The notes under the pieces: generated by a model | What the model saw: the letters and a program-made list of their open reading frames with translations, nothing else | The model's database searches: none | Told to the model about the DNA's origin: nothing | NCBI GenBank assembly: GCA_945787925.1 | Contig: CALZJY010000001.1 | Span: 1 to 32,744, forward strand | Direction of reading: 5' to 3' | Length of the DNA stretch: 32,744 nucleotides | From: an uncultured Anaerosporobacter sp. | GTDB lineage: Bacteria > Bacillota > Clostridia > Lachnospirales > Lachnospiraceae | Made by a program: the position numbers and the translations under genes | Shown here: piece after piece, positions 1 to 8,555 of the stretch | How positions within the stretch are numbered: the first letter of the stretch is position 1 | How the letters are laid out: each line of letters opens with the position of its first letter

Positions 1-512
1 AACTAAAAGCGATTGCCTTAATGTTGCCTGATCTTGAGAAAGTGTATGAACTTGATAGTCAGAGCATGTCGCAACTAAGAGATGAGATGAACTCTAAAGT
101 AATACAGTTGAGTGAGAGTAAATATAAAGATAACTATGGCAATGAAGGGGGGGAGATCTTGAAACGTCAAGAAATCAGTCCTACTACAGAAGGCAAAGAG
201 AAGCAAGAGGTTGTCGTAGAATCTAAGACCTCCAATAAGATGCAAGAGTTTCAACAGATCATGACATCCATCATTACTGATGCAATGAAGGCGAACAATC
301 ACGAGATATCAGAAGTGGTTAGCGAGCAGGTAACAGAGCGAGTAATTAAGGAGATGGATTATCTCTTCAGAGTAAGAGAGGATCATGAAGAAGAGCGGTT
401 TAAGAAGTTTGATGAGTTATTGCGGGATGTTCAAAAAGGCAGGCTAGAGGCTGCAGCAACAATACCGGGAAAGAAAAAACGAAAAAGACTCTTTGGAAGA
501 AAAAAGAGATAG
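1..512 (+). CDS. 3' part of a coiled-coil protein with a basic/amphipathic C-terminus (possibly MerR-type HTH, RacA/RocS-like); 5'-truncated by the window
   Basis: Frame is open upstream of ATG 21 to the window edge (LKAIALM...). Helical E/K/Q-rich body ends in ...GKKKRKRLFGRKKR, stop TAG at 510-512, followed by a terminator. The family guess is inference because the N-terminus is not visible. Confidence 0.6.
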   Translation, partial: LKAIALMLPDLEKVYELDSQSMSQLRDEMNSKVIQLSESKYKDNYGNEGGEILKRQEISPTTEGKEKQEVVVESKTSNKMQEFQQIMTSIITDAMKANNHEISEVVSEQVTERVIKEMDYLFRVREDHEEERFKKFDELLRDVQKGRLEAAATIPGKKKRKRLFGRKKR

Positions 513-532
513 TACATAGCAAAGATAGATGC

Positions 533-574
533 AAAAAGAGATTGCCAGCCTAGAAAGCAGGACAATCTCTTTTT
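533..574 (+). terminator. Intrinsic terminator after the first CDS
   Basis: AAAAAGAGATTG (533-544) and CAATCTCTTTTT (563-574) form an inverted repeat ending in a T-run. Confidence 0.75.
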
Positions 575-588
575 CTATTTATGTAAAT

Positions 589-619
589 ATACAGGTCCCC
601 TTCTAGAAGAGACCTGTAT
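589..619 (-). terminator. Probable ferredoxin terminator
   Basis: Minus strand ATACAGGTCTCTT-CTAG-AAGGGGACCTGTAT. The G:U pair works only on the minus strand. The U-tail is weak. Confidence 0.6.
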
Positions 620-660
620 GTTTAGAATTGTATATTCATATTGGTCATATAAAGGTTAAA

Positions 661-828
661 TTAGCCTTCGATAGAACCTGTAGGGCAAGTTGCAGCGCAA
701 GCACCACAATCGATACATACATCAGCGTCGATTTCGTAGTGAGCAGCACCTTCAGAGATAGCTCCTACTGGACATTCAGCTTCGCAAGCTCCACAGCTTA
801 CACAACCATCGTTAATTACGTGTGCCAT
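661..828 (-). CDS. fdx: Clostridial-type 2[4Fe-4S] ferredoxin, 55 aa
   Basis: Hand translation: MAHVINDGCVSCGACEAECPVGAISEGAAHYEIDADVCIDCGACAATCPTGSIEG*. Two CxxCxxCxxxCP motifs and RBS AAGGAGG upstream of the ATG. Absent from the ORF track (<60 aa). Confidence 0.97.
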   Translation of the reverse strand: MAHVINDGCVSCGACEAECPVGAISEGAAHYEIDADVCIDCGACAATCPTGSIEG

Positions 829-862
829 TATACATTTCCTCCTTATTAATATTTGTGAACCT

Positions 863-891
863 ATTTTAATATAATTAGGACAATATTACAA
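863..891 (-). promoter_or_regulatory. Putative sigma-A promoter of fdx
   Basis: Minus strand TTGTAA-17 nt-TAAAAT. Confidence 0.55.
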
Positions 892-953
892 TAGATATGT
901 GAAGGTTTTTTATTTCGTACAATGATACGTGTTGCTAGATGCCATATGTTGCC

Positions 954-982
954 TTGACTGGTATAAAAAATTAGCATATAAT
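954..982 (+). promoter_or_regulatory. Putative sigma-A promoter of the DUF1858 gene
   Basis: TTGACT (954-959)-17 nt-TATAAT (977-982). Confidence 0.7.
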
Positions 983-1035
983 AACTTTATTTACAAATAA
1001 TATAAAAGAGCATAGAAAAATAGGAGGAACTCAAA

Positions 1036-1239
1036 ATGACTAAAGTATCTAAAGATATGATTATCGGTGAAATCATCCAAATGGACCAAGGATTTATTCC
1101 AATTCTTATGGAAGCAGGAATGCACTGCCTTGGATGTCCATCTTCACAAGCAGAATCCTTAGAAGATGCTGCAATGGTACATGGTCTTGATGCAGATAAA
1201 TTAGTAGCAGATTTAAATGCATATTTAGAGTCTAAATAG
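1036..1239 (+). CDS. DUF1858 domain protein (hybrid-cluster-protein-associated redox disulfide domain)
   Basis: [23 protein letters not shown] signature with CxxC; RBS AGGAGG. Confidence 0.9.
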   Translation: MTKVSKDMIIGEIIQMDQGFIPILMEAGMHCLGCPSSQAESLEDAAMVHGLDADKLVADLNAYLESK

Positions 1240-1255
1240 GACAAACTGTCCGACC

Positions 1256-1289
1256 AAAAAAAGAGCCGACATCATGTCGGCTCTTTTTT
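1256..1289. terminator. Bidirectional terminator between the DUF1858 gene and mecA
   Basis: A7-GAGCCGACA-TCA-TGTCGGCTC-T6. Confidence 0.9.
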
Positions 1290-2091
1290 ACATTACAGAT
1301 AAAATCTGAACAGCATTGTCACGAACAATTACTTCGAAGTGTTCTTTGAAGTAAGCAATCGTAGCATAGGTGCTGCGTTCTAATTTTCCATATTCAGATA
1401 CTAAGTTGCAGATTCGATTAAACTCCTGTGGAGTATATTCGGACTGTGTTAATACTAAATAATAGGTATTTGTCGCTTCGTTCTTATATAAATCATTGTG
1501 GCCATGATAAGAAACGATAAGCTCTGCACTTACTCGGATAACTTCGTCTAAGGATTTGAAAGAGAAGATCTTAGTCAGTGGAGGAGTCGTCTTTGCGGCT
1601 GGTTCCTCGGCTGTCTCTGCAGAGTCTTCTTTTTCCTCTATTAGATCAAGTGATTCTGCTGGGGATTCTTCCTTGTTTGAGTCTGCATTCTTGTTACTGT
1701 TTAGGTCAAGCAAATTATCTAAATCCTGATAGCTGTTAAGTAAGTCATCGTCAAATCCTAAATCGTCCTCGCTCTCATCCCCATTGAAGGAGGAATCGGA
1801 AAAGCTAGGAGAAAATTTAGAAAAGCGAGTATCTAACTCATCAGGGTCTTCTACTTTAGTTACAACTAGGACTAACGTTTCTGGAGAGACAGGAATTGCT
1901 TCGATCATTAAAGGAATGTCATCTGCTTCAAAACCAAACTCGAAAGCGGCTTGTTGCATCATATCGCGAAATAATAGTTTTGCCTTTTCTGTACCGTATG
2001 CAAGTTCACTAATTCGAAGTTGTCGATCTACTAAATCATCTTTGTTAAGGGTACAACGAATCTGATTCTCATTTATCTTTTCAATCTTCAT
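1288..2091 (-). CDS. mecA: ClpC adaptor protein MecA
   Basis: N-terminal MKIEKINENQIRCTL...DL..R, acidic linker and C-terminal FSFKSLDEV...VSEYG...EH domain; RBS AAGGATGTGA. Confidence 0.9.
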   Translation of the reverse strand: MKIEKINENQIRCTLNKDDLVDRQLRISELAYGTEKAKLLFRDMMQQAAFEFGFEADDIPLMIEAIPVSPETLVLVVTKVEDPDELDTRFSKFSPSFSDSSFNGDESEDDLGFDDDLLNSYQDLDNLLDLNSNKNADSNKEESPAESLDLIEEKEDSAETAEEPAAKTTPPLTKIFSFKSLDEVIRVSAELIVSYHGHNDLYKNEATNTYYLVLTQSEYTPQEFNRICNLVSEYGKLERSTYATIAYFKEHFEVIVRDNAVQILSVM

Positions 2092-2285
2092 AGAATCACA
2101 TCCTTTCTATTTCCTAAATTCTTATAGTAGTGTCTGTATCATCCCACGGTTTATCAAGTCTTAACATCCTACAAGGGCGTAAGTGTATAATATAGTATAT
2201 GCCAAAATATAAGTTATATTGTGCTTTGTGATAATTTAGTGAAATGATGTCACGATTACCATTTCATAGTTGTTTTTGTGCTTAA

Positions 2286-2314
2286 AGTATAAGTGAAAAC
2301 CTGTACAAAGTCAA
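2286..2314 (-). promoter_or_regulatory. Putative sigma-A promoter of mecA
   Basis: Minus strand TTGACT-17 nt-TATACT, implying a leader of about 190 nt. Confidence 0.6.
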
Positions 2315-2629
2315 TATTCCTAGTGGATTAATTTGGTGGTCAAAGATGTAAATAAGACAAGCTATACTATAAAAATTATATAACCAATAACCAACAATTA
2401 TTCCTAATAAATATCGTAAAAACGTAGAAAAATAAATTTTCTTAAGTAATTGTACCCAATATTTATGTATAAGTTTTTACATATTCTAGTTATTATAATA
2501 GTATATGAGTGTGTTATAATAACGTGAATAGATATAAAACCATAGTCTATATTGTATTCCCGTGGACTTTGTTTTATATTATTAGTTGTTACAATGAAAA
2601 TTTCATCAAAAATAAAGAAAGTGAATTGT

Positions 2630-4948
2630 ATGGAAAAAGAAAAAAAGAAGAAAAAGAAGAAAGCAATTAGTCCGAGACGACGTAGGATTAAGCTTGCTTT
2701 CAAGATTTTTATCCTTGTTTCATTGCTATGCGTATTAGTAGGAGGTATCGTATTTTATTTTAAATATGGTAAGGGAATCTTAAAAGCCCAATCTGAAGCG
2801 AAGGCAATGGTGGCAGAGAGTACGAAAGATACATTCAAGAAAGATCAGACCAGTTTCGTCTATGATGTGGATGGAAAGCTGATAGCCAAATTAAAAGGTG
2901 CGAAGGATGTCAACTATCTTTCCATTGAGGACATCCCGAATGAAGTATGGCAAGCAGTAATCTCTATTGAAGATAAGAGCTTCAAAAGCCACGGTGGGAT
3001 CGACATTTCAGCAAACATCCGTGCTGCATTAGCATTGGTAAAGAATAAGGGTAAGATTAAGCAAGGGGCTAGTACAATTACTCAGCAGTTAGCACGTAAT
3101 ATATTCTTGAGCTTTGACCAAACATGGGAACGTAAAATAAAAGAAATCTTTGTGGCAATTGAGCTTGAAAAGAAATACACAAAGATGGAGATTTTAGAGT
3201 TCTATTTAAATAATATTAATTTTGCCAACGGATATTATGGTATTCAAGCAGCTAGTAGAGGTTACTTTAGCAAAGACGTAGGAGAGCTTAGCTTGTCCCA
3301 GATTGCGTTCTTAGTTGCAATACCGAATAATCCAACTGTATTTAGTCCTACAGAGCATATTGAGAATACTTTGACACGTCGTAATCGTATTTTAAAACAA
3401 ATGCTTGAGGATAGAAAAATTACTCAAACGCAATATGATGAGGCAGTCTCAGAAAAAATCAAGTTAAAACGTGAGAAGATCGAAAAACAGACTTCCGTAG
3501 ACAGCTATGTACTGTTTGCAGCAACCGAAGCAATCATGGAAGCAAACGGATTCGAGTTTAAGAACAAATTTAACTCTGATGAAGAAAAAGAGGAATATAA
3601 TACATCATATTCAGAACAATATACACAAGCACAGCAGGATTTATACTCCAAAGGCTACAGCATATATACTTCGATCGATCCTGTAATTCAACAGACGCTT
3701 CAAGAGACCGTAAATGAGAAATTAAGCGGTTTTACTATGAAGTCAGAGGAAGGCATCTATAAGATGCAAGGTGCTGCAGTATGTATCGATAACAAGACGG
3801 GGCGTGTTGTTGCAATCGTCGGTGGAAGAGAGCAAGAAGATGTGACTTCTTACTTAAACCGCGGCTTCCAAGCATACCGTCAGCCAGGAAGTGCCATTAA
3901 GCCATTGATTGATTATTTACCAGCATTACAAAATGGATATTCTGCAAATAGTATTGTAGTAGATAAGAAAATCAAAGATGGTCCAAACAATAGTGATGGC
4001 AGATTCTTAGGAAGAATGACATTAAGAACAGCAGTAGAGAAATCTAGAAATACGGTAGCATACCAGCTGTTCGAGCAATTAAATCCTTATGTATGCATGA
4101 GCTATTTATATGATATGAACTTTAAAAAGCTTGATCAGAGCGATTATCTGAATACTGCAAGTATCGGTGGCTTTACAAATGGTGTAAGCCCATTAGAAAT
4201 GGCTTCCGCATATGCAACGATTGCAAATCAAGGAAAATACCGTAAAGCAACATGTATTGTTAAGATCATGGATTCAGATGGAAATGAAGTAGTAAGCGAC
4301 AGTATACAAGAAAAACAAGTATATGAAGCAAATGCTTGTAATGAAATGACAGACATCTTAGAAGGTGTATTGATCCGTGGTACAGGTAGAGGGTACAAGC
4401 TTTCCAATATGCCTAGTGCCGGTAAGACAGGTACGACAAATGCCAATAAAGATGGATGGTTCGTAGGCTATACACCATATTATACAACAAGCGTATGGGT
4501 AGGTTATGATATTCCTAAAGCATTAAGCGGTCTTACAGGAGGTTCTTATCCTCTTCGTATCTGGAATTCATTTATGACAAATATTCATGAGGGATTCGAA
4601 ACTGTACCGTTCCCATCTTATACGTCTTCTTCTAGTCATAAGGATTTTGTAGATGCGGATGAGCCAGAGGAAACAGAGGCGCCAGTAGAGACGGAACAGC
4701 CAACAGAGACAGAACAACCATTAGAAACAGAAGCGCCGGTGGAAACAGAGACACCGGTGGAAACAGAAGCACCAGTAGTGACTCCTGAACCAACACCAAT
4801 ACAAACAGAGGCTCCAGTAGTAACACCTGAGCCGACGAAGAAACCAGAGCTACCAAATCCTCCGGCTGAGCCAGAAACACCTTCTGGTCCAGAGGAAGGA
4901 CAACAGGAACAAGTTCCGGTAGCACCAGAAGAAGAATCTGGTGAATAA
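2630..4948 (+). CDS. Class A (bifunctional transglycosylase/transpeptidase) penicillin-binding protein, PBP1A family
   Basis: Basic N-terminus plus one TM helix. GT51 motifs EDKSFKSHGG, GASTITQQL, RKIKE. Transpeptidase motifs SAIK, SRN, KTG. Pro/Glu/Thr-rich C-tail. Start moved from 2552 to ATG 2630 (GAAAGTGA RBS-like). Confidence 0.93.
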   Translation: MEKEKKKKKKKAISPRRRRIKLAFKIFILVSLLCVLVGGIVFYFKYGKGILKAQSEAKAMVAESTKDTFKKDQTSFVYDVDGKLIAKLKGAKDVNYLSIEDIPNEVWQAVISIEDKSFKSHGGIDISANIRAALALVKNKGKIKQGASTITQQLARNIFLSFDQTWERKIKEIFVAIELEKKYTKMEILEFYLNNINFANGYYGIQAASRGYFSKDVGELSLSQIAFLVAIPNNPTVFSPTEHIENTLTRRNRILKQMLEDRKITQTQYDEAVSEKIKLKREKIEKQTSVDSYVLFAATEAIMEANGFEFKNKFNSDEEKEEYNTSYSEQYTQAQQDLYSKGYSIYTSIDPVIQQTLQETVNEKLSGFTMKSEEGIYKMQGAAVCIDNKTGRVVAIVGGREQEDVTSYLNRGFQAYRQPGSAIKPLIDYLPALQNGYSANSIVVDKKIKDGPNNSDGRFLGRMTLRTAVEKSRNTVAYQLFEQLNPYVCMSYLYDMNFKKLDQSDYLNTASIGGFTNGVSPLEMASAYATIANQGKYRKATCIVKIMDSDGNEVVSDSIQEKQVYEANACNEMTDILEGVLIRGTGRGYKLSNMPSAGKTGTTNANKDGWFVGYTPYYTTSVWVGYDIPKALSGLTGGSYPLRIWNSFMTNIHEGFETVPFPSYTSSSSHKDFVDADEPEETEAPVETEQPTETEQPLETEAPVETETPVETEAPVVTPEPTPIQTEAPVVTPEPTKKPELPNPPAEPETPSGPEEGQQEQVPVAPEEESGE
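4670..4836 (+). repeat. Degenerate 18-bp coding tandem repeat (ETExPx x6) plus two TEAPVVTPEPT units in the PBP tail
   Basis: GAAACAGAGGCGCCAGTA-like units at 4670-4777, followed by the duplicated VVTPEPT segment. Confidence 0.85.
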
Positions 4949-4990
4949 TAAAAAAACGCATATTCTTTGGAATATGCGTTTTTTTATTAT
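4945..4990. terminator. Bidirectional terminator between the convergent PBP gene and prs
   Basis: Perfect 21-bp inverted repeat ATAATAAAAAAACGCATATTC-TTTG-GAATATGCGTTTTTTTATTAT. Confidence 0.92.
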
Positions 4991-6168
4991 GTTGTCTTGT
5001 TAGTTTCGTATTGGCTAACAAGGCGTTGGATTTTTTCTGTTGGACTTAATAAATCACTGATGGAATTGTCGTGATTTAATGTGTCGATTAATAATGCAAT
5101 ATATTTAGACATATCGACATTTACATAATACGGTTTGGATAATAATTCTTCGGATTGATATACAAGGTTTGTTGTTAAGATACGATGGAATAATCCTTCT
5201 TCGAATGCTTTATCGAATTGTTCAAAACCATTTGTAAATAAACCGAATGTAGCAGCGATAAAGATTCTACCTGCTTTACGACGTTTTAATTCTTTTGCAA
5301 CGTCTAACATACTTTCACCAGAAGAAATCATATCATCGATGATGATAACGTCTTTTCCTTCTAGATCAGAACCTAAGAATTCATGAGCAATGATTGGGTT
5401 ACGTCCATTTACGATTGTTGTGTAGTCACGACGTTTGTAGAACATACCTACGTCGACCCCAATTACGTTACCGAAGTAAACCGCTCTTCCCATTGCACCT
5501 TCATCAGGAGAAATAACCATCATGTGTTGTGCGTCTATGTTAAGATCAGGAACATTCTTTAATAATGCCTTGATGAATTGGTATGTTGGCATTATTGTTT
5601 CGAAACTCTTAAGAGGAATTGCATTTTGCACTCTTGGGTCATGAGCATCAAATGTGATGATACTTTCTACGCCCATGCTTGTTAATTCTTGAAGTGCTAA
5701 TGCACAGTCAAGAGATTCTCTAGAGCTACGTTTATGTTGACGTCCTTCATATAAGAAAGGCATGATAACAGTAATTCTACGAGCTTTACCACCAATAGCT
5801 GCAATGATTCTCTTAAGATCTTGATAATGATCATCTGGAGACATGTGGTTTACTTGACCAGACATGTTATAAGTTAGGCTGTGATTAGAAACATCTACAA
5901 GGATGTATACATCAGAACCACGAACGGATTCACAGATTACACCTTTTGCTTCACCAGAACCGAAACGAGGACAGTTTGCCTCTACTAAATAGGAATTACG
6001 TTTGTATCCTTTGAATACGATATTTCCTGAGTGTTCGCTTTGACGGTCTGTTCTCCATTGAACGATGTAATCGTTTACTTTTTTTCCTAAACCTTTACTA
6101 CTCTCGAGTGCTACAATTCCTAAAGAACCAACAGGAATTGTTTCCAAATTATTATCTTGTTGCGACAT
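4987..6168 (-). CDS. prs: Ribose-phosphate pyrophosphokinase (long clostridial form)
   Basis: RFGSGE, MPFLYEGRQHKR, FDAHDPRVQ, SPDEGA and the PRPP-binding motif VIIIDDMISSGES. Start at ATG 6168 with RBS GGAGG (the track's upstream ATG overlaps the RBS). Confidence 0.93.
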   Translation of the reverse strand: MSQQDNNLETIPVGSLGIVALESSKGLGKKVNDYIVQWRTDRQSEHSGNIVFKGYKRNSYLVEANCPRFGSGEAKGVICESVRGSDVYILVDVSNHSLTYNMSGQVNHMSPDDHYQDLKRIIAAIGGKARRITVIMPFLYEGRQHKRSSRESLDCALALQELTSMGVESIITFDAHDPRVQNAIPLKSFETIMPTYQFIKALLKNVPDLNIDAQHMMVISPDEGAMGRAVYFGNVIGVDVGMFYKRRDYTTIVNGRNPIIAHEFLGSDLEGKDVIIIDDMISSGESMLDVAKELKRRKAGRIFIAATFGLFTNGFEQFDKAFEEGLFHRILTTNLVYQSEELLSKPYYVNVDMSKYIALLIDTLNHDNSISDLLSPTEKIQRLVSQYETNKTT

Positions 6169-6257
6169 GAATGTCTCCTCCATCTATAATTACTATTTCA
6201 GTATGTGTTACCAGTTATGATTAAAAAATACAATCATGGTAACAATGTCCATTAATT

Positions 6258-6286
6258 TTTATACCATTATCCTTCTTATCCGTCAA
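6258..6286 (-). promoter_or_regulatory. Putative sigma-A promoter of prs
   Basis: Minus strand TTGACG-17 nt-TATAAA with extended TG. Confidence 0.6.
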
Positions 6287-6321
6287 GGACAAAATCTGTC
6301 ATAATCTGTGAGGATTTTCCC

Positions 6322-7317
6322 TTATTTAAAACGCTTCATAAAGCGGATATCGTCTCCGTATACGTTTAATAATGTGTAGTTTCCAATCAAACGTGAATAG
6401 ATGCGTTCGCTATAAGTGACAGAGAGTTCTTCCAGAGATAAGTTTGTCGAAATGATTGTCGATTTCTTTTTCAAATGTCGTTCATTGATACAGTTATATA
6501 GTTGGGAAGAAACAAAACTATTATTAAATTCTGTACCAAGGTCATCAATGATGAGTAAATCACATTCGTAGATGAAATCCTCATTCAGTCTTCCTTCTGG
6601 GGAGGAAGTGTCTGGATTTTTTTGAAACTTATTCTTTTCGAATAAATCAAATAGCTGATAAGAAGTAAGATAGATCACCGTAACAGCCTTGCGAATCAGT
6701 TCATTTGCGATTGAGTTTGCAAGGAAGGTCTTTCCTACACCAGCATTTCCGTAGATTAATAAGTTCTGGTACTCTGTTTCGAAATGGTCCATATAGTATT
6801 TACACTTGCTAAGGATGCGTCTCATATTTTCATATGGTGAAAGTCCTGTAAGTTCATTTACTATGTCTTTTGAATAATAGTCCAGACGGAAATTAGAGAA
6901 ATTCTCATCTTTGATAATTTCCTTTACGGTATCTTGGGAGAATAACATATTTACGATGGCTTGCTTAAAACAATGGCATTTTTCATTATTAATATACCCA
7001 CTATCTTTACAATCCTTGCATGAATAGATTGGTGCAAGGTAATCTGCAGGATAGCCGTTGGAAACAAGCAATTGTTTCTTACAATCGGAAAGTTCTTTCG
7101 TAGTTTCCTTTAAACGTTCCAGTGCGGAATCATCGCCAAGGATGGAAAGTTTGGCGGCTTCCATGGAATTTGTGATGATTTCGTCTTCAATTTCTTTCAT
7201 TGCAGGAATCTTTGTGTAGATTTCCTCTTCACGTTCTTTTAAGATTCGCTTATTATGTGATTTCTTAAGATCATAATCTCTTTGGATGGCATTGTACTGC
7301 CAGTTGTTAAGAAACAT
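6322..7317 (-). CDS. DnaC/DnaI-like helicase-loader ATPase (IstB-like AAA+)
   Basis: Zn-type CKDCKDSG...KCHC, Walker A GNAGVGKT, Walker B LLIIDDLG, ISTN, YSERIYSRL; directly follows the DnaD-like gene. Confidence 0.88.
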   Translation of the reverse strand: MFLNNWQYNAIQRDYDLKKSHNKRILKEREEEIYTKIPAMKEIEDEIITNSMEAAKLSILGDDSALERLKETTKELSDCKKQLLVSNGYPADYLAPIYSCKDCKDSGYINNEKCHCFKQAIVNMLFSQDTVKEIIKDENFSNFRLDYYSKDIVNELTGLSPYENMRRILSKCKYYMDHFETEYQNLLIYGNAGVGKTFLANSIANELIRKAVTVIYLTSYQLFDLFEKNKFQKNPDTSSPEGRLNEDFIYECDLLIIDDLGTEFNNSFVSSQLYNCINERHLKKKSTIISTNLSLEELSVTYSERIYSRLIGNYTLLNVYGDDIRFMKRFK

Positions 7318-7329
7318 GTAAGAGACCTC

Positions 7330-8454
7330 CTATTGTTTATTTAACAAAAGTTGCTCCATTTTACGAAAATCTTCTTTGGTATAATTACGCTGTGCAAAGT
7401 TGTTAAAGCGATTTGATGGATTTGGTTTCGCTGTGGCATGAGGGCCGGACTGAGGCTGTCTTGCAGTGTAGTTCGTTTTTGCTTGTTTTGCATGTGCCTC
7501 ATCTAGTTTGTTTACATCAGCAATGGATGCGACTTTGTTTTCTGACCAACTTGTCAGTATTTTGTCGGTATAGTTAAAGTCTGGCTTTCCAGTGCGAAGG
7601 AGGGTGCGGTTGCAAGCCTCGATGATTAAATCCAATGAAAGGTTTAAGTGGTTGATCCATTTGTTGATGAATTTAATTTCGATTTCTCCTGGAGTACGGT
7701 TTAAGCCGAATGCTTTGTTGATGGCCTGATATGTCTTGTTGTACTGGTTTGTATAGTGTTTGGCCATTTCCTCCGTCGTAATTCCTTCTTTGGCCCATGT
7801 AAGGGCAACGGACTCAATATATCTGGCATTCTTCTTATTGTTAGAAATACAGTATTCGAATAAGAAGAGAATTAAATCGGAAGAGAATCCCATGCTTTCA
7901 TATAAGAATAGGATTAACTGTAAGTCTGCTGATTTTAATGGACGCTGCATATAGCTTTCTACAGCTCCCATGATTAGTTGTACATTATCGTCCTTGCTAA
8001 GCTCCTCCATTTGAACCTTTGTATACGTAGGTTTTACAAAATCCTCATGGCTATTCATAGAAGGATTAGTAGCGGCAGGTTCACTAGTAGGGGTATGGGC
8101 TGGCGGAAGGGATTCCGGAGCAGCCGTAAAGCTTGCTGGAGCCTGGGAGACAGCGGGTGTTGGATTGTTAAATGTTATATTGGTAATTTGATTGTTTTCA
8201 TCGCGAGTTACAAGGATTAAGTTTACCTTTTCCCAATATGCGATTGCACGCATGATATCTTTCTCGGTGTCATCTAATCGGTCTGCAATCGTGGAAATGG
8301 ACAAATCATAGTAGTGATTGCTTAAACAACGGAGTAAGTAAAGATAAACTTTTACATAAGCACCATTTGCAGTTGGCATATACTGATCGATGAATATATT
8401 AGAAATGATAGTAACGTCATTTGTGTGGTTGGTTTTTAACGATATGGTACTCAT
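7330..8454 (-). CDS. DnaD/DnaB_2 domain replication protein
   Basis: N-terminal SNIFIDQYMPTANGAYVKVYLYLLR and two DnaB_2 domains (YIESVALTW; YTDKILTSW); RBS AGGAGG. Confidence 0.88.
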   Translation of the reverse strand: MSTISLKTNHTNDVTIISNIFIDQYMPTANGAYVKVYLYLLRCLSNHYYDLSISTIADRLDDTEKDIMRAIAYWEKVNLILVTRDENNQITNITFNNPTPAVSQAPASFTAAPESLPPAHTPTSEPAATNPSMNSHEDFVKPTYTKVQMEELSKDDNVQLIMGAVESYMQRPLKSADLQLILFLYESMGFSSDLILFLFEYCISNNKKNARYIESVALTWAKEGITTEEMAKHYTNQYNKTYQAINKAFGLNRTPGEIEIKFINKWINHLNLSLDLIIEACNRTLLRTGKPDFNYTDKILTSWSENKVASIADVNKLDEAHAKQAKTNYTARQPQSGPHATAKPNPSNRFNNFAQRNYTKEDFRKMEQLLLNKQ

Positions 8455-8499
8455 ATATCCTCCTATATCATAATAAATGGTTGTTTCATGGTTACGGTT

Positions 8500-8528
8500 A
8501 TTATAGCACAGAAAAAAGCATCTGCAAA
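8500..8528 (-). promoter_or_regulatory. Putative promoter of the dnaD-like/loader operon
   Basis: Minus strand TTTGCA-17 nt-TATAAT with extended TG (TGCTATAAT). Confidence 0.6.
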
Positions 8529-8555
8529 ATTATAGTCGTGTGGTGAAAACTGGTG

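Noticed and set aside
628-849. 73-aa plus-strand ORF
   Set aside because: Antisense shadow of the ferredoxin gene; TTG start with no RBS.
2149-2164. 15/16 match between the mecA leader (minus strand TTAAGACTTGATAAAC) and the rpoB leader (27663-27678 TTAAGACTTAATAAAC)
   Set aside because: AT-rich 16-mer with one mismatch that can plausibly arise by chance. The similarity does not extend, and there is no functional link.
2337-2353. GGTCAAA as a possible CtsR site upstream of mecA
   Set aside because: Only one heptad; the required direct repeat 3 nt downstream is absent.
6322-8454. DnaD + IstB-like ATPase as a prophage or IS21 replication module
   Set aside because: No integrase, IstA transposase or phage genes; embedded between the core genes murC and prs.
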